DNA of 50,103 bases. It comes from a virus. Position numbers and translations under genes: made by a program. Where the stretch lies: UHGV virus genome UHGV-0211888. One strand, given 5' to 3'. How positions within the stretch are numbered: position 1 is the stretch's first letter; each line of letters opens with the position of its first letter. This document shows, piece after piece, positions 17,529-28,200 of this stretch. The notes beneath the pieces are model-generated. The model ran no database searches. It was not told where the DNA came from and saw nothing but the letters and a program-made list of their open reading frames with translations.

Positions 17529-17747
17529 AGTTGTGTTTCCTTTTTAATATAATACAGACAGCCAAAATTCATTAAGAATCCGGTTATTTTCATTAGAGGA
17601 GACATTTGTCTCTCGATTCTTTTAAATATAGGTGTGGCGTTCAGCCTATTGATAGATATAGGTCTAATGAATAGTTGCAAATGTCCCCTATAATGAAAAT
17701 AACCAGTCAGTTTTTATATCCCGACCGGCTGAAGAGGATACTAGATG
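17529..17747. promoter_or_regulatory. Structured 219-bp intergenic region at the tail/accessory boundary. It holds a 16-bp inverted repeat (17580-17595 / 17691-17706, 15/16 matching) and a GAGAC-ATTT-GTCTC hairpin (17599-17612).
   Basis: ccggttattttcatta pairs with taatgaaaataaccag. There is no ORF of 60 aa or more. Confidence 0.4.
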
Positions 17748-18215
17748 CTACTCGACCCAATCAATAAAAGGATCTAAGGCAGACAACTCATTAGGAGTTG
17801 GCAATTCCTTAGTATCCTTAAAGTCAGCTTCCTTGATAGAAATTTTCTTGACTTTATCAGAGATATCAACAGATAGCAAATCATTATAAGCTTTAGAGAA
17901 CTCTTCACGATTCTTAGCATCAGAGAGTTTAAAATTACCACCCTCTCCAACTATTGGCTTTCCGTCTTTATCCTTATCAGCATATTTATTGACAATTTCT
18001 CTGAATTCCTTAGTAAAGAATTCTAATTCTACATCAGCTTCCTTCATTAAGTTGGCAACTGCACGAATAGTACTAAAATGCACATAATGCATATTAGCGA
18101 GATTTTTTAGCTGATCTCGAGCAGTGATTAAATCACTTAATTTCATTTTATTTGCTTTCTCCTTTATATGTTTTATGGGTTCTGGTTCTTTGCTTTTACC
18201 CAAGCCAACGCCCAT
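17748..18215 (-). CDS. Hypothetical protein (155 aa in the track; the start is probably internal, near 18146 at MKLSDL, since the longer ORF overlaps the Tal gene end).
   Basis: ORF. Overlaps 18173..22213 by 43 nt when read from the first Met. Confidence 0.4.
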   Translation of the reverse strand: MGVGLGKSKEPEPIKHIKEKANKMKLSDLITARDQLKNLANMHYVHFSTIRAVANLMKEADVELEFFTKEFREIVNKYADKDKDGKPIVGEGGNFKLSDAKNREEFSKAYNDLLSVDISDKVKKISIKEADFKDTKELPTPNELSALDPFIDWVE

Positions 18216-21200
18216 ACTGTATATGTATTGCCAGAAGTCATATCTTTCAAGTTTATTGTAGTATTATTACTTATGGTACAATTCATAAACCAGTTATTAG
18301 TATATTTGTCATAACAAAAAGCTGTAAGTATTCTAGATACTGTAAAATTAGCTTGGTCACCATTATAGGTTCTAAGATCCCATGCATATGTGCCGCCTGA
18401 GCTTGTGTAGTTTAGGATCATTATTTGAAAATGTCCAACTCCATCACCATCATAATATCCTGGGTATAGCATGTCTTTTTTACCATTTCCAAAATAGTAT
18501 AAAACAGGAAGATTTTCAAGAGCTTTTGTAGATATATACATATAAGTGTCATGCGTATCATATGACGACCAACGTATTTTTAATCCAGGTTGAGTATCTG
18601 GATACACAGAACCTAAACCGGATATGTCTATCCAATATTTGTCGCTTAGATTCCCATTTGCCCCTTCTACTTGTGTCCCCATTTTATAATAATCAGAATA
18701 TATTGATGACACTGTTAATTGCGTATCTCTTTTAAATGGATCAACCCACGCAGTTGTGTCTCTAGTTATTATTTTGAATAAAGTGTTGTTACTCGAAGTG
18801 CCAAAAGATAAATAATCCTTATCAACATAGAGTGATCCTATATATCCACGGTATGCTTTTATCGTTCCATATTTATCTACACTAAAATTACTTCCTAATG
18901 TTATGCCACCTTTTTTAATAATAACTTCTCCATCACTATCGACGGTAAATGCACCATTTCCAAGATTTATGGAACCTGAAGTAATATTCATTGAACCGGA
19001 AAGGGTAGCATTGATAGCATACAGATTGCCATCGACATCTACTCCGAATTTATTTGATCCGAGAATGAACCATTTTTTTGCAGAATTAATCAGATTAGGA
19101 ATAGTGTAGGTATTTGTAGTTCCAGGAGCCAAGACCATACTACTAGCAGTTCCTGGTTTACCATAAAATAAACCATTTTCTGCTGTCCAATCATCTGGAT
19201 TAGCTAAAAATCTGTTAATTTCCCAGCCACCAATTTTACCACTGTCAGCTGTGATTTCACCTTTAATATGAGCATTTTGTGCAGTTACTTCTCCTTCAGG
19301 TGATATAGTAAATTGATCATTGTTTACTCTGACTTCACCTTCAGGACTTACATAGAATGCTGCACCATTTTTATATTCATAATATTCCTTATTAGGATCA
19401 AAGGAAGGACCTTTATCAAACAAATATATTCCAGAAGTGTCTTTTGGTGAATAATAATATTTATTAGCTATATACTTTTCAGTATATAATCTTGATACAC
19501 CAACTATTGCAGAACCAACAGTAGCTGATTCGTTTTGAAAATGAATTCTTTCAAAATTAGGCGAACCACCCAAAATAATAGCACCATCAGAATAAGTTGC
19601 ACCAGATATATGGGCATTGATAGCAGATAGGAATCCGTTTGTGTCAACAGAGAATCTGTTATCTTCGCCGATCTTAAAAGATCCTCCAGTAATAGTTACA
19701 GAATTTGCAGTTACTGAACCGTTAGCATTTACTTCAAAACTTGTCTTATTGGTGTCATCTTTTATAAGTATACTACCTTTGGTTAAAGTAAGATTTCCAT
19801 CTGTACCCACTTTAAATCCATCACCAAGTTTCAAACCTTGCTCGCCTAAATATATACCATCTCCGGTACTGTTATAATTGTAAGTTTTATCATTAGTAAA
19901 TGTACCTATTCGGTCATTTTCTATTTTGAAATTTGCAATATAGCCACCCTTAGCATTTAATATGCCTTCAAGGAATGCACTCTTAGCATATAAATTACCA
20001 TTGATATCTACACCGAAATTTTTGCCAGCAGTAAATGCCCAATTTTTCTTTGGGCTAGAGCCAGCAATATCAAGTTCTTTATCATTATTACCAGCAGATA
20101 TTAATACAGATCCAGCCGATCCCGGAGTTCCAGAATATAACTGATTTTCTGCAATAGTAAAACCGCCAATACTTCCATTTAGTGCATCAATAGTACCAGA
20201 AATATAAGCCGCTTGAGCAGTCAATACACCATCATTGGTAACCTCGAAACGTCCGTCATTGATATTGAGATTTCCACCAGTAATACTAACTGAGTTAGCG
20301 GTTACATTTCCATCTCTATCAACAAGGAACATCGTCCCGTTAGCACCTCTAATAGTAATTTTGCCTGAATTGATACTAATATCACCAGCTACTTTAATCT
20401 TGCCTGCTTCCAATGTGTCAGTAATCTTAGCATTATCAGCAACCAAGAGTTTGGCAACAAGTGAGTCAATCTCGAATTGAGATGCCTGAATTATACCCTT
20501 TACATTTATCTGTTCAACCTCAAGTTGAGCAATTTGTGCCTTAGATAATTTAGCGTTAAGAGCTTCAATGTAATTGGCATTAACGATATCAGCAATAAGT
20601 TTGTTAACAGTAGTAACTGATGCATACCCGACATCATTTGTTAATGCCGATATACCATCACCAGTCTGAACCGAGTTGGAAGTCATAGTGTCTTCTTTCT
20701 CGCCCAATTCTACCGATTCATACTTATCACCTAATGCATCATATGTCGTAGTTATTACTCGAAGCTCGGTTGATATACCAGCATCTTCATATATAACTTT
20801 AACTGTGTCACCTATTTCGACATGGTCAGTATTTTCAACTTTACTTTTATCACCAGTAGATGACAAATCGATGAACGAAAGAGTTGTAGTATGTTTAAGT
20901 TGCCCAATTTTATTTTTAGAAATATATTCTTCGGCTTTTGCCTTAAGACGTTCCTTAGTAGGTTCTTCATCAAACTCACTAGTTAAATCGAGCATCAAAA
21001 CTCGATTATGCTTAAGTTTCCTGGCATCAGGAGTATCTATCCAAATAATAGGATCATCCAGTTGAACGTCAACAATCTCTGTTGCATCAGTATTGCTACT
21101 GTCACTTTTACTCGGGATAACTTCAGAATAATAAAGAACCATATTCTGAGCAATTCCAGAATCAACAATACTACCTTCAAAGATTACATCGCCGACTCCT

Positions 21201-22213
21201 CTGACGGTTCCCCAGTCAGTATCAGTAGCCATTTTGAAGTAACCCTTTTTAGCAGCTACGCATTTAATAGTAGGAAAAGATTTCCAATCAATGGTAATCC
21301 AACTAGGTTCAAGAACACCTTGAATCAGGTTGACCATCTCATTATAGATCTTTTCCCGATACAAATTGTATGTATCGTCCCATACATAAACTTTATCTTT
21401 ATATTCACCATCGGTATCAACCTGAACAGGAACACCAGCTACAGGATGGAAAGTTTCCCCATTTTTTGTATAGCTAAACCAATTTTCTTGAAATGGCTTA
21501 GATCCTACAATATATACTTTGGTGAACTCTCCACCACTAGTAGTCTCGGTTGTTTCCTTCTCAGTATGATAATACGGAAATACTCCATTATAAAGGTTAT
21601 CATTGGAGACTTCGTGAGTAAGATCAGTCATATTATGGCCATATCTTACAACTGCTCCTCTATTCTTACCTCTTCTTTGGAGTATACTTACATAATAATT
21701 ATTGAATTTAACTTCTGCGTCATATTTATTCAGTAAAGAATCATCTTCTCCCATTAAAAGGGCTCGGAGATTATATGGTGCAGTAGTTTTGTAAGTTCTA
21801 GATGATAATATATCTGAAGAAATGACAAAATCATTCTTTACAACTGATCCATTTTGAATTTGCAGAATGGCATCTTGCAAACTAGTTGCAGAGAATGCTT
21901 TAACAGGAATGTCGTTCATATCATAAGAAATATGAGCAGCACTTACTGTAACTATTCCACCAATAGCATCAGTTATACTGTAAATCCTAAAAGCCTGCAT
22001 GTTGTCATACGGGTTAGGTTTACAGAAGATAATACGACCAATCTTAATTTTGTCGTAATTAGCACCCGCAATTGGATACTCCATTTCGACAGTAAACTCG
22101 TCATTGAGTTTTTCACTAACCTTACACGACAAAGCATCTTTTAGAATTCCTAACCCGAGGCTAGTAAATTCTTGTTCATTTTCTTCAAATAATACAATCA
22201 TAGTACCCACCAC
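18173..22213 (-). CDS. Tail-associated protein Tal (siphovirus tail tip; Prophage_tail-like N-terminus) with a long fibre / beta-helix-like extension, 1346 aa.
   Basis: The N-terminal domain resembles gp27-like Tal (…NGEYKL/QAFRIYSI…). Its position, directly after Dit and TMP, fits. The C-terminal part is rich in G/N/S/T repeats. Confidence 0.7.
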   Translation of the reverse strand: MVGTMIVLFEENEQEFTSLGLGILKDALSCKVSEKLNDEFTVEMEYPIAGANYDKIKIGRIIFCKPNPYDNMQAFRIYSITDAIGGIVTVSAAHISYDMNDIPVKAFSATSLQDAILQIQNGSVVKNDFVISSDILSSRTYKTTAPYNLRALLMGEDDSLLNKYDAEVKFNNYYVSILQRRGKNRGAVVRYGHNMTDLTHEVSNDNLYNGVFPYYHTEKETTETTSGGEFTKVYIVGSKPFQENWFSYTKNGETFHPVAGVPVQVDTDGEYKDKVYVWDDTYNLYREKIYNEMVNLIQGVLEPSWITIDWKSFPTIKCVAAKKGYFKMATDTDWGTVRGVGDVIFEGSIVDSGIAQNMVLYYSEVIPSKSDSSNTDATEIVDVQLDDPIIWIDTPDARKLKHNRVLMLDLTSEFDEEPTKERLKAKAEEYISKNKIGQLKHTTTLSFIDLSSTGDKSKVENTDHVEIGDTVKVIYEDAGISTELRVITTTYDALGDKYESVELGEKEDTMTSNSVQTGDGISALTNDVGYASVTTVNKLIADIVNANYIEALNAKLSKAQIAQLEVEQINVKGIIQASQFEIDSLVAKLLVADNAKITDTLEAGKIKVAGDISINSGKITIRGANGTMFLVDRDGNVTANSVSITGGNLNINDGRFEVTNDGVLTAQAAYISGTIDALNGSIGGFTIAENQLYSGTPGSAGSVLISAGNNDKELDIAGSSPKKNWAFTAGKNFGVDINGNLYAKSAFLEGILNAKGGYIANFKIENDRIGTFTNDKTYNYNSTGDGIYLGEQGLKLGDGFKVGTDGNLTLTKGSILIKDDTNKTSFEVNANGSVTANSVTITGGSFKIGEDNRFSVDTNGFLSAINAHISGATYSDGAIILGGSPNFERIHFQNESATVGSAIVGVSRLYTEKYIANKYYYSPKDTSGIYLFDKGPSFDPNKEYYEYKNGAAFYVSPEGEVRVNNDQFTISPEGEVTAQNAHIKGEITADSGKIGGWEINRFLANPDDWTAENGLFYGKPGTASSMVLAPGTTNTYTIPNLINSAKKWFILGSNKFGVDVDGNLYAINATLSGSMNITSGSINLGNGAFTVDSDGEVIIKKGGITLGSNFSVDKYGTIKAYRGYIGSLYVDKDYLSFGTSSNNTLFKIITRDTTAWVDPFKRDTQLTVSSIYSDYYKMGTQVEGANGNLSDKYWIDISGLGSVYPDTQPGLKIRWSSYDTHDTYMYISTKALENLPVLYYFGNGKKDMLYPGYYDGDGVGHFQIMILNYTSSGGTYAWDLRTYNGDQANFTVSRILTAFCYDKYTNNWFMNCTISNNTTINLKDMTSGNTYTVWALAWVKAKNQNP

Positions 22214-25200
22214 CTAGGCTTAATTTTGATTTTTAGATTAGAAAGGTCATCACCTGTAGCCTTCAAATGATATACCGTGCCGCTTTCATTTATCTTAGAA
22301 GTAAATAATGTATCACCAGAATTATAATATTTCCAATTGACAACATTATTATAACGGTAATAGCCAGCTTCTTTAATAATAAATTCTACTTCAGTTGGAT
22401 TAGATGTAATGCTATCCTGAATGATTCTTGCAGTCAAATAACGTGCAAAGTTTTCATCAGCAATCTCTACTTCTGGAAGTTCATTCTCCAAAAAATAGAT
22501 CACGGTATCATCTTTACCACTAATAGCAGGCATAATAGAATCACCGACTTTATATTTTGTCCATACTTGATTAGTATCATATCTATAATATCCATTAGCA
22601 TTAGCAATATAGGATATACGGTTAGGTGTACCATCAATTTGCTGCTGCTTAAGAATTATAGGATTTACATCGGCATCTGGTGTAGATAACCTAATATATT
22701 TAGCATTCTCTGAAAGATTGTCTAAAACTAATTCCTTATTAGTATTATTAGTACCAACAGTAATCTTATTCTTAGAATCATCATAAATTGCATATGCTAT
22801 AGATATATTATTTACACTAGCACCTATATAATATCGATATTTATTACTAATAGAATAATAGTTGCTATATTTAGATTTCGGCTTGTCTGTAGTTTGAACA
22901 AATGCGCCATTGCTATCAATATAGCCGTTAGTTTCTTGAGTAAGACTGCTAGTGACATCTTCAGGTAAATAATTGACCTTAAGCCAGTCAGGAGGATCAT
23001 TGTGCATAGTGCTTTCTGTAGATCCAGCATCTCTATACATAAATACACGATTATTATCTGGTTTGTCGAGCTTAGTCTCTAAACGATAAATATAATGTTC
23101 ATCAGTAGAAGTAACATCTTTTGAAGCTAATTTTGTAATAAGTTCGTCAGTATATGTACCTTTACTTATATCATCTGCCGTTAATTGAACCCAATACTCC
23201 ATTGCTTTAGGTGTATCATCTGAACTTCCGGAGGATATACGATAATAGCCGGGTTGTGTAATCTTAAACACAATCTTAGAATTCTCAGTATATTTAGAAG
23301 GAGACAGATGAACATATGCACCATCGACAGAAATATAAGGGTTAGACTCAAGCCATGCTGGCCATTTTGATTTTTTAGTATATTCGCCAGAATAATCAGG
23401 AGCTTCCTTAACATATCCGACCTCGAATGCTACAGTTCCATCAATGCCAACAGAATTCAATTGCTCACCTTTTTCAGCAGCCTTCCAGTTGTCAATACCG
23501 CCAGTACCTTTATCAGGAATTACTTTATAGAAACCAACATCTTTGGCAGTTAAAATAACTTTAGACAAAGATCCATCTGAAGACACCGTGAAATGAACAG
23601 CATTAGTAATATGAGTATGTTTAATACCATTATCGTCGACAGTCTCTTTCTTAACAGGTTCATATTCAGGCATAGTTGTACCTTCATAGAACTTATAAGT
23701 AAATGTGCTTGTCGTAGAAACAGAAATTCCTGACATATTAACGAAAGCTTTTTTGGATGTAGACCAACTAACCGATGCTAAGTTGATATTAGCATCTTTT
23801 TCAAAGTCAGTTTTATTCCATTGAGCTTTGCCAAACAACCAGGTTTTATCTGTCCAATAATATCCGTTTATTACTGTTCCATCTTCTTTGACACGGCATT
23901 TAATCTGATATGTTATCTTTGAAGGAGATCCATCTTTGTCGTTTTTGATAATATACGTAAGCCAATCAGGAAGATCAGTATATCCGACTTTTAATTTATG
24001 TTCTTCACCTTCATCGACAGATTCATAGTAAAGAATAGAATTTACATTAGTAGATTTTAAAGTACTTGAAATTACTGTATTTTTTGCAACAAATTTAAGC
24101 TTTTTATCTTCTGAATCTACTCTATAGAAACCATTTTGATTTGCAGTAGCTGTAACAGTTCCATCTTCATTATCATTTATTGTTAGCCAATCGGGTACGG
24201 TTCCATTATTATCAACAGCTGTGCCAGTGAATGTGTAATTACTACCATAATTATTAAGTAAGGTGTTAAACGATTGGAAAGTATATGATTCAGACTTTGA
24301 ATCGATTAACGCTTGAAGCGAAGAAGCCAAATATGATTCCTGCTTAGAAGATAGCAATGAATCGTACTTTCTAATGAAAAATGACTCCTGCTTTAGTTTC
24401 TGAATAGCTGCATAGACTTTATATTCAGAACTAACGGTTTTTTGACTCGCTGTAAGTTTAGAATTATAAGAATCTAATCTAGTATTTTCCAGAGTATATT
24501 TTTTGAACTCAATCTCATTAGTACCTTTACCAAATCTAGGAAAAGGTGTCCCATTAAGATTGACATTTCCGTAAATATCTCTATTATCACTACTAGTTAC
24601 AGTCTGTTCATCAGAATCGATAGTAACATCACCAGAATATTTCTGAAAAGTAATAATACTACGTTCAATAGTCTCAGTTATAGTATCTGAATCATCATTA
24701 CCCTTAGAATTTCCGGCATCATTCGAAACTGACATCATTAAAACCTTATCAAGATTTTCAATACTTTCAGTATCTATGCCCTCGATAGAAATAGTAGGCA
24801 ATGATATATAATTATACTCGCTCTCCATCTTGGCTTTAGGTCCATTGAATACTGTTGCTACATCTCCTGATTTAAGATAACGTTGTGGTTTGCAATCGAA
24901 TTGAATATTAATGGTACCAGCCTTAGACCAATAATCTGTAAAGGATCCAGACATATGAAAGGTAGCTTTACGATACACTTCAGTATCATAAGTATCTTCC
25001 AATTTTGCATAAGATCCTTTAGCAGAATTGAGCCAATTTAAGACTTTTTCAAAATTGTCGTAATATCCAGTCTTCGGCATATACCATAATGCTATAGAAT
25101 ATTCTCTTGTAGTATTTTTGAAGCATTTCTTATCTACAGCAATATCACCATTACGTCCAGGTATATGAGTAATTATGATGTCTCTATCAGGAAACGTATA

Positions 25201-25278
25201 AACAGGAGGAGTTTGGACAACTAATCCAAAATCCTCTGAAGACTTACCATTAAATGTAAAACTTCCAGATTTGATCAT
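22198..25278 (-). CDS. Distal tail protein Dit (Sipho_tail-like N-terminus) with a large C-terminal extension, 1026 aa.
   Basis: The N-terminus FTFNGKSSEDFGLVV...IPGRNGD matches the Dit-family pattern. It sits immediately downstream of the TMP, and its start overlaps the TMP stop. Confidence 0.7.
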   Translation of the reverse strand: MIKSGSFTFNGKSSEDFGLVVQTPPVYTFPDRDIIITHIPGRNGDIAVDKKCFKNTTREYSIALWYMPKTGYYDNFEKVLNWLNSAKGSYAKLEDTYDTEVYRKATFHMSGSFTDYWSKAGTINIQFDCKPQRYLKSGDVATVFNGPKAKMESEYNYISLPTISIEGIDTESIENLDKVLMMSVSNDAGNSKGNDDSDTITETIERSIITFQKYSGDVTIDSDEQTVTSSDNRDIYGNVNLNGTPFPRFGKGTNEIEFKKYTLENTRLDSYNSKLTASQKTVSSEYKVYAAIQKLKQESFFIRKYDSLLSSKQESYLASSLQALIDSKSESYTFQSFNTLLNNYGSNYTFTGTAVDNNGTVPDWLTINDNEDGTVTATANQNGFYRVDSEDKKLKFVAKNTVISSTLKSTNVNSILYYESVDEGEEHKLKVGYTDLPDWLTYIIKNDKDGSPSKITYQIKCRVKEDGTVINGYYWTDKTWLFGKAQWNKTDFEKDANINLASVSWSTSKKAFVNMSGISVSTTSTFTYKFYEGTTMPEYEPVKKETVDDNGIKHTHITNAVHFTVSSDGSLSKVILTAKDVGFYKVIPDKGTGGIDNWKAAEKGEQLNSVGIDGTVAFEVGYVKEAPDYSGEYTKKSKWPAWLESNPYISVDGAYVHLSPSKYTENSKIVFKITQPGYYRISSGSSDDTPKAMEYWVQLTADDISKGTYTDELITKLASKDVTSTDEHYIYRLETKLDKPDNNRVFMYRDAGSTESTMHNDPPDWLKVNYLPEDVTSSLTQETNGYIDSNGAFVQTTDKPKSKYSNYYSISNKYRYYIGASVNNISIAYAIYDDSKNKITVGTNNTNKELVLDNLSENAKYIRLSTPDADVNPIILKQQQIDGTPNRISYIANANGYYRYDTNQVWTKYKVGDSIMPAISGKDDTVIYFLENELPEVEIADENFARYLTARIIQDSITSNPTEVEFIIKEAGYYRYNNVVNWKYYNSGDTLFTSKINESGTVYHLKATGDDLSNLKIKIKPRWWVL

Positions 25279-28200
25279 TATCTAGCTCCTCCTTTCGCTA
25301 AAGCAGCTTGAGCACGCATCTTTTGAAGACGAATATTAACTTCATTAGCAACCTCATTAGGATTGTTAGAAGTAATATTAAATACAGGATTATAAGTGTC
25401 TCCGGCATTGTTAATGGTTTGCCCATTTTGAATTCCAGAGTCACGTAAAGATTTTCTATTGATACTTGATTGAATACCTGAAGCCAATGAACCAGATACA
25501 GATACTCTGGCAGAAGAACCATTGATATTACTCATAATTGATGAGATATCTTGAGTTCCAGCTCTTACATTAGACAAATCCATAACAGGTCTAATGACTA
25601 TATCAGTATTCTGATCACCATTGATAGCATCCTGAATGCCACTTATAGCAAGATTCATCATAGAAGTAATAGAATTTTCTGCAACAGAAGCATTATCAGT
25701 TATACCATTTGCAAAACCTTGAACAAGGAAACGTCCAATACTGGCCATAACACGAGAAGGCGAATGAATATCAAGAGAATCTCTTACACCGCTAGAAGCA
25801 CTGTCTCCTAAACCAGATCCAGCACTATATGCATCGCTGTAAGAGTCCTTGACACCTTCGTTGAATCCTTCACCAACATTGTAACCAGCATCTTTCATAT
25901 TAGATTCTTGCTCATTTTTGACAAGATCAATACTATCTGTAATAGCCTTATTAATATTGCTAACACCATTACGGGCATCTTCACTGATACGACCTGTTAT
26001 ATTGCCCATAGTATTACTGATATTAGATCTGGCTTCGTCGAGAGCATTTAGAACATTTTTACCACTTAAAATATCCTTGTCCAAAGCATCGTCAGCTTGT
26101 CTTGATAAATCTGCTCCCCATCCTTTTAGTAGATCACCAAGACCGAATAAACCGCCAACAAATTGATTCAAAAGGTTTCCAATTAGTGTAAGAATTCCAC
26201 CTATAAGGGCTTTTACACCAGCACCAAGTAATGTAGGAATATCTTCGGCAATTGCTTGGAGAACTCTATTTAAGACTTTAAATACATTATACATCATGGT
26301 TCGTAATGCTTCAAACAAAACATTACCTAAACCGATTGATATATGAACCAGTAAAAGTATTACACCAGCTAAGAAATCAAGTGCTAAACTTCCTAAAGTT
26401 CCTAGTAAGTTAATTGCCACAATCAATGCACCTGAAACGAGGGCAATGATAGCATTTCCCAGAGTCTTAACAAAATCAAGCAATAATTCAACTAGCTTTG
26501 GAATAATAAATTGGAGGAATTCGATCAATCTGTTCAAAAGAACCATTACAACTTTTCCAATATTATCAAAGAATGCATTTATGAAAGCAATAACAAATTT
26601 TGTTAAAGTCTTTATAAATTTAGGCATTGAAGCCGTTAATCCTTCAATCGCCATAATAATGAAATCAACCAAGAACTTAATAATTTCAGTTGTCTTACTA
26701 ACAAGGAAAGTCATAACTGAACTTATAATAGTCCATATAGATTCAAGAATCGGTTGAGTATTATCTGCTATTGTCTGAAGTAAAGACACAAATATATTAG
26801 CAAGAGTACTTATAATTTGAGGAACTGTATTATTAAGAACATCAAGAATATTATTAACTAACTCAATTACGAATGTAGAAATTGTTGGTAAAATACTAGT
26901 AATATTTTCAAGTAAGGATCTGAATCCATTAATCATTGCTTCGATCAGAACTGGACCGATAGTATTCAAAGCTTCGCTAATAACCTCGACATTAGAGACC
27001 ATAGCTTCAGCAAACGAACCGAGACCGGTACTGAACATCTGCAAGGCAACAGCCGCCATCAGCATCCCGCCACCAAGAATCATTACTGCAGCAGAAATAG
27101 AAAGCATCACGGGACCAACGCCACTGAGTAACTTGGATACGGTTCCAAGGATAGCAAGACTTCCTGCTAATACAACGGCACCTTTGGCGATTGTAGACCA
27201 AGCGACAGTCTGTAAGGACATAAGTCCAAAAGATAATGCCACTAATGAAAGTCCCATCAGTGTCATGCCGGCTGCTAATGTTGCAACATCTTTGAACGAC
27301 CCGGAAGACATCAATAGAGTAGCCGCAGACAATGCCAGCAATACTGCAGATAATCCGAGACATGCTGTTAAAATAGTTTGCCAAGGAACATTCGCCATAA
27401 GCATCATAGAGGCTCCAAAGGCAACAAGATTAACTGCTAAAACCGAGAGCAATGCAACCATTTTGAATGCATTGCCTTTAAGGTTTTTACTCTTGCTAAT
27501 TAGCATAACGGAACCAGAGAATGCCAGCAATACTGCAGATAATCCACCGCATCCAGATAAAATTGACTGCCAAGGAGTCTTAGCTAACATCATCATAGAG
27601 CCGCCAAATGCAACTAAGTTAAGAGCAAGTAATGTAAGCATTGCTATGATAGCTTTTGTCTTTTCTTTTGAACCAGAAATCTTATTCATAGCTGTAAGTA
27701 AAACGGACAAAGCCAAGAACAATGCCACGACTGATCCAGTAATTGCAATCATCTGAGTGATCTGCATCTTACTCATAATAAGCATAATAAGAGAAATACT
27801 GAGAAGAGTAGCAGATATTCCTTTCATCATTTTGACTATTTCTTTGGAATTATCATTGCTATTAGTCGCAATATTATTAAGATAACCAACCATCAAAGTC
27901 ATGGCACCAAGAACTGCAATAATTGAAATAACACCTTGAGTAATATTTGCCGGATCCTTAATAAGCGATAGGAAACCTACTGCAACAGTAATTGACAACA
28001 TTGACAAACTCATAGCATTCAACGTCTTTGCAATAGTATCGAATGGAGCATGAGAAGCACTATTATTGAACTTCTCCATTGCGATAACGCATACTGTATA
28101 TGCAGCAAGCAATCCGAGAATAGGCGTCATTGCTTTCCAAATATTTCCAATACTTATCAGACTAAGAATTCCAACAGAAACTGCTATAGATAATAGAGAT

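Noticed and set aside
21008-21736. + strand ORFs inside long minus-strand genes. Examples: 18903-19109, 19617-19877, 20676-21065, 21008-21736, 21854-22144, 25551-26166, 26446-26757, 27133-27756, 28354-29208, 29377-30006, 34577-34837, 35359-35990, 36260-36682, 37763-38641, 41525-41967, 46842-47237.
   Set aside because: Every one is nested antisense within a well-supported minus-strand structural or replication gene. Their amino-acid composition is low-complexity and repeat-shadow-like, and none has an SD. The + strand ORF 27133..27756 even mirrors the TMP tandem repeats.
18173-25278. Diversity-generating retroelement near the tail fibre genes.
   Set aside because: No reverse transcriptase ORF, and no template/variable repeat pair, anywhere in the window.
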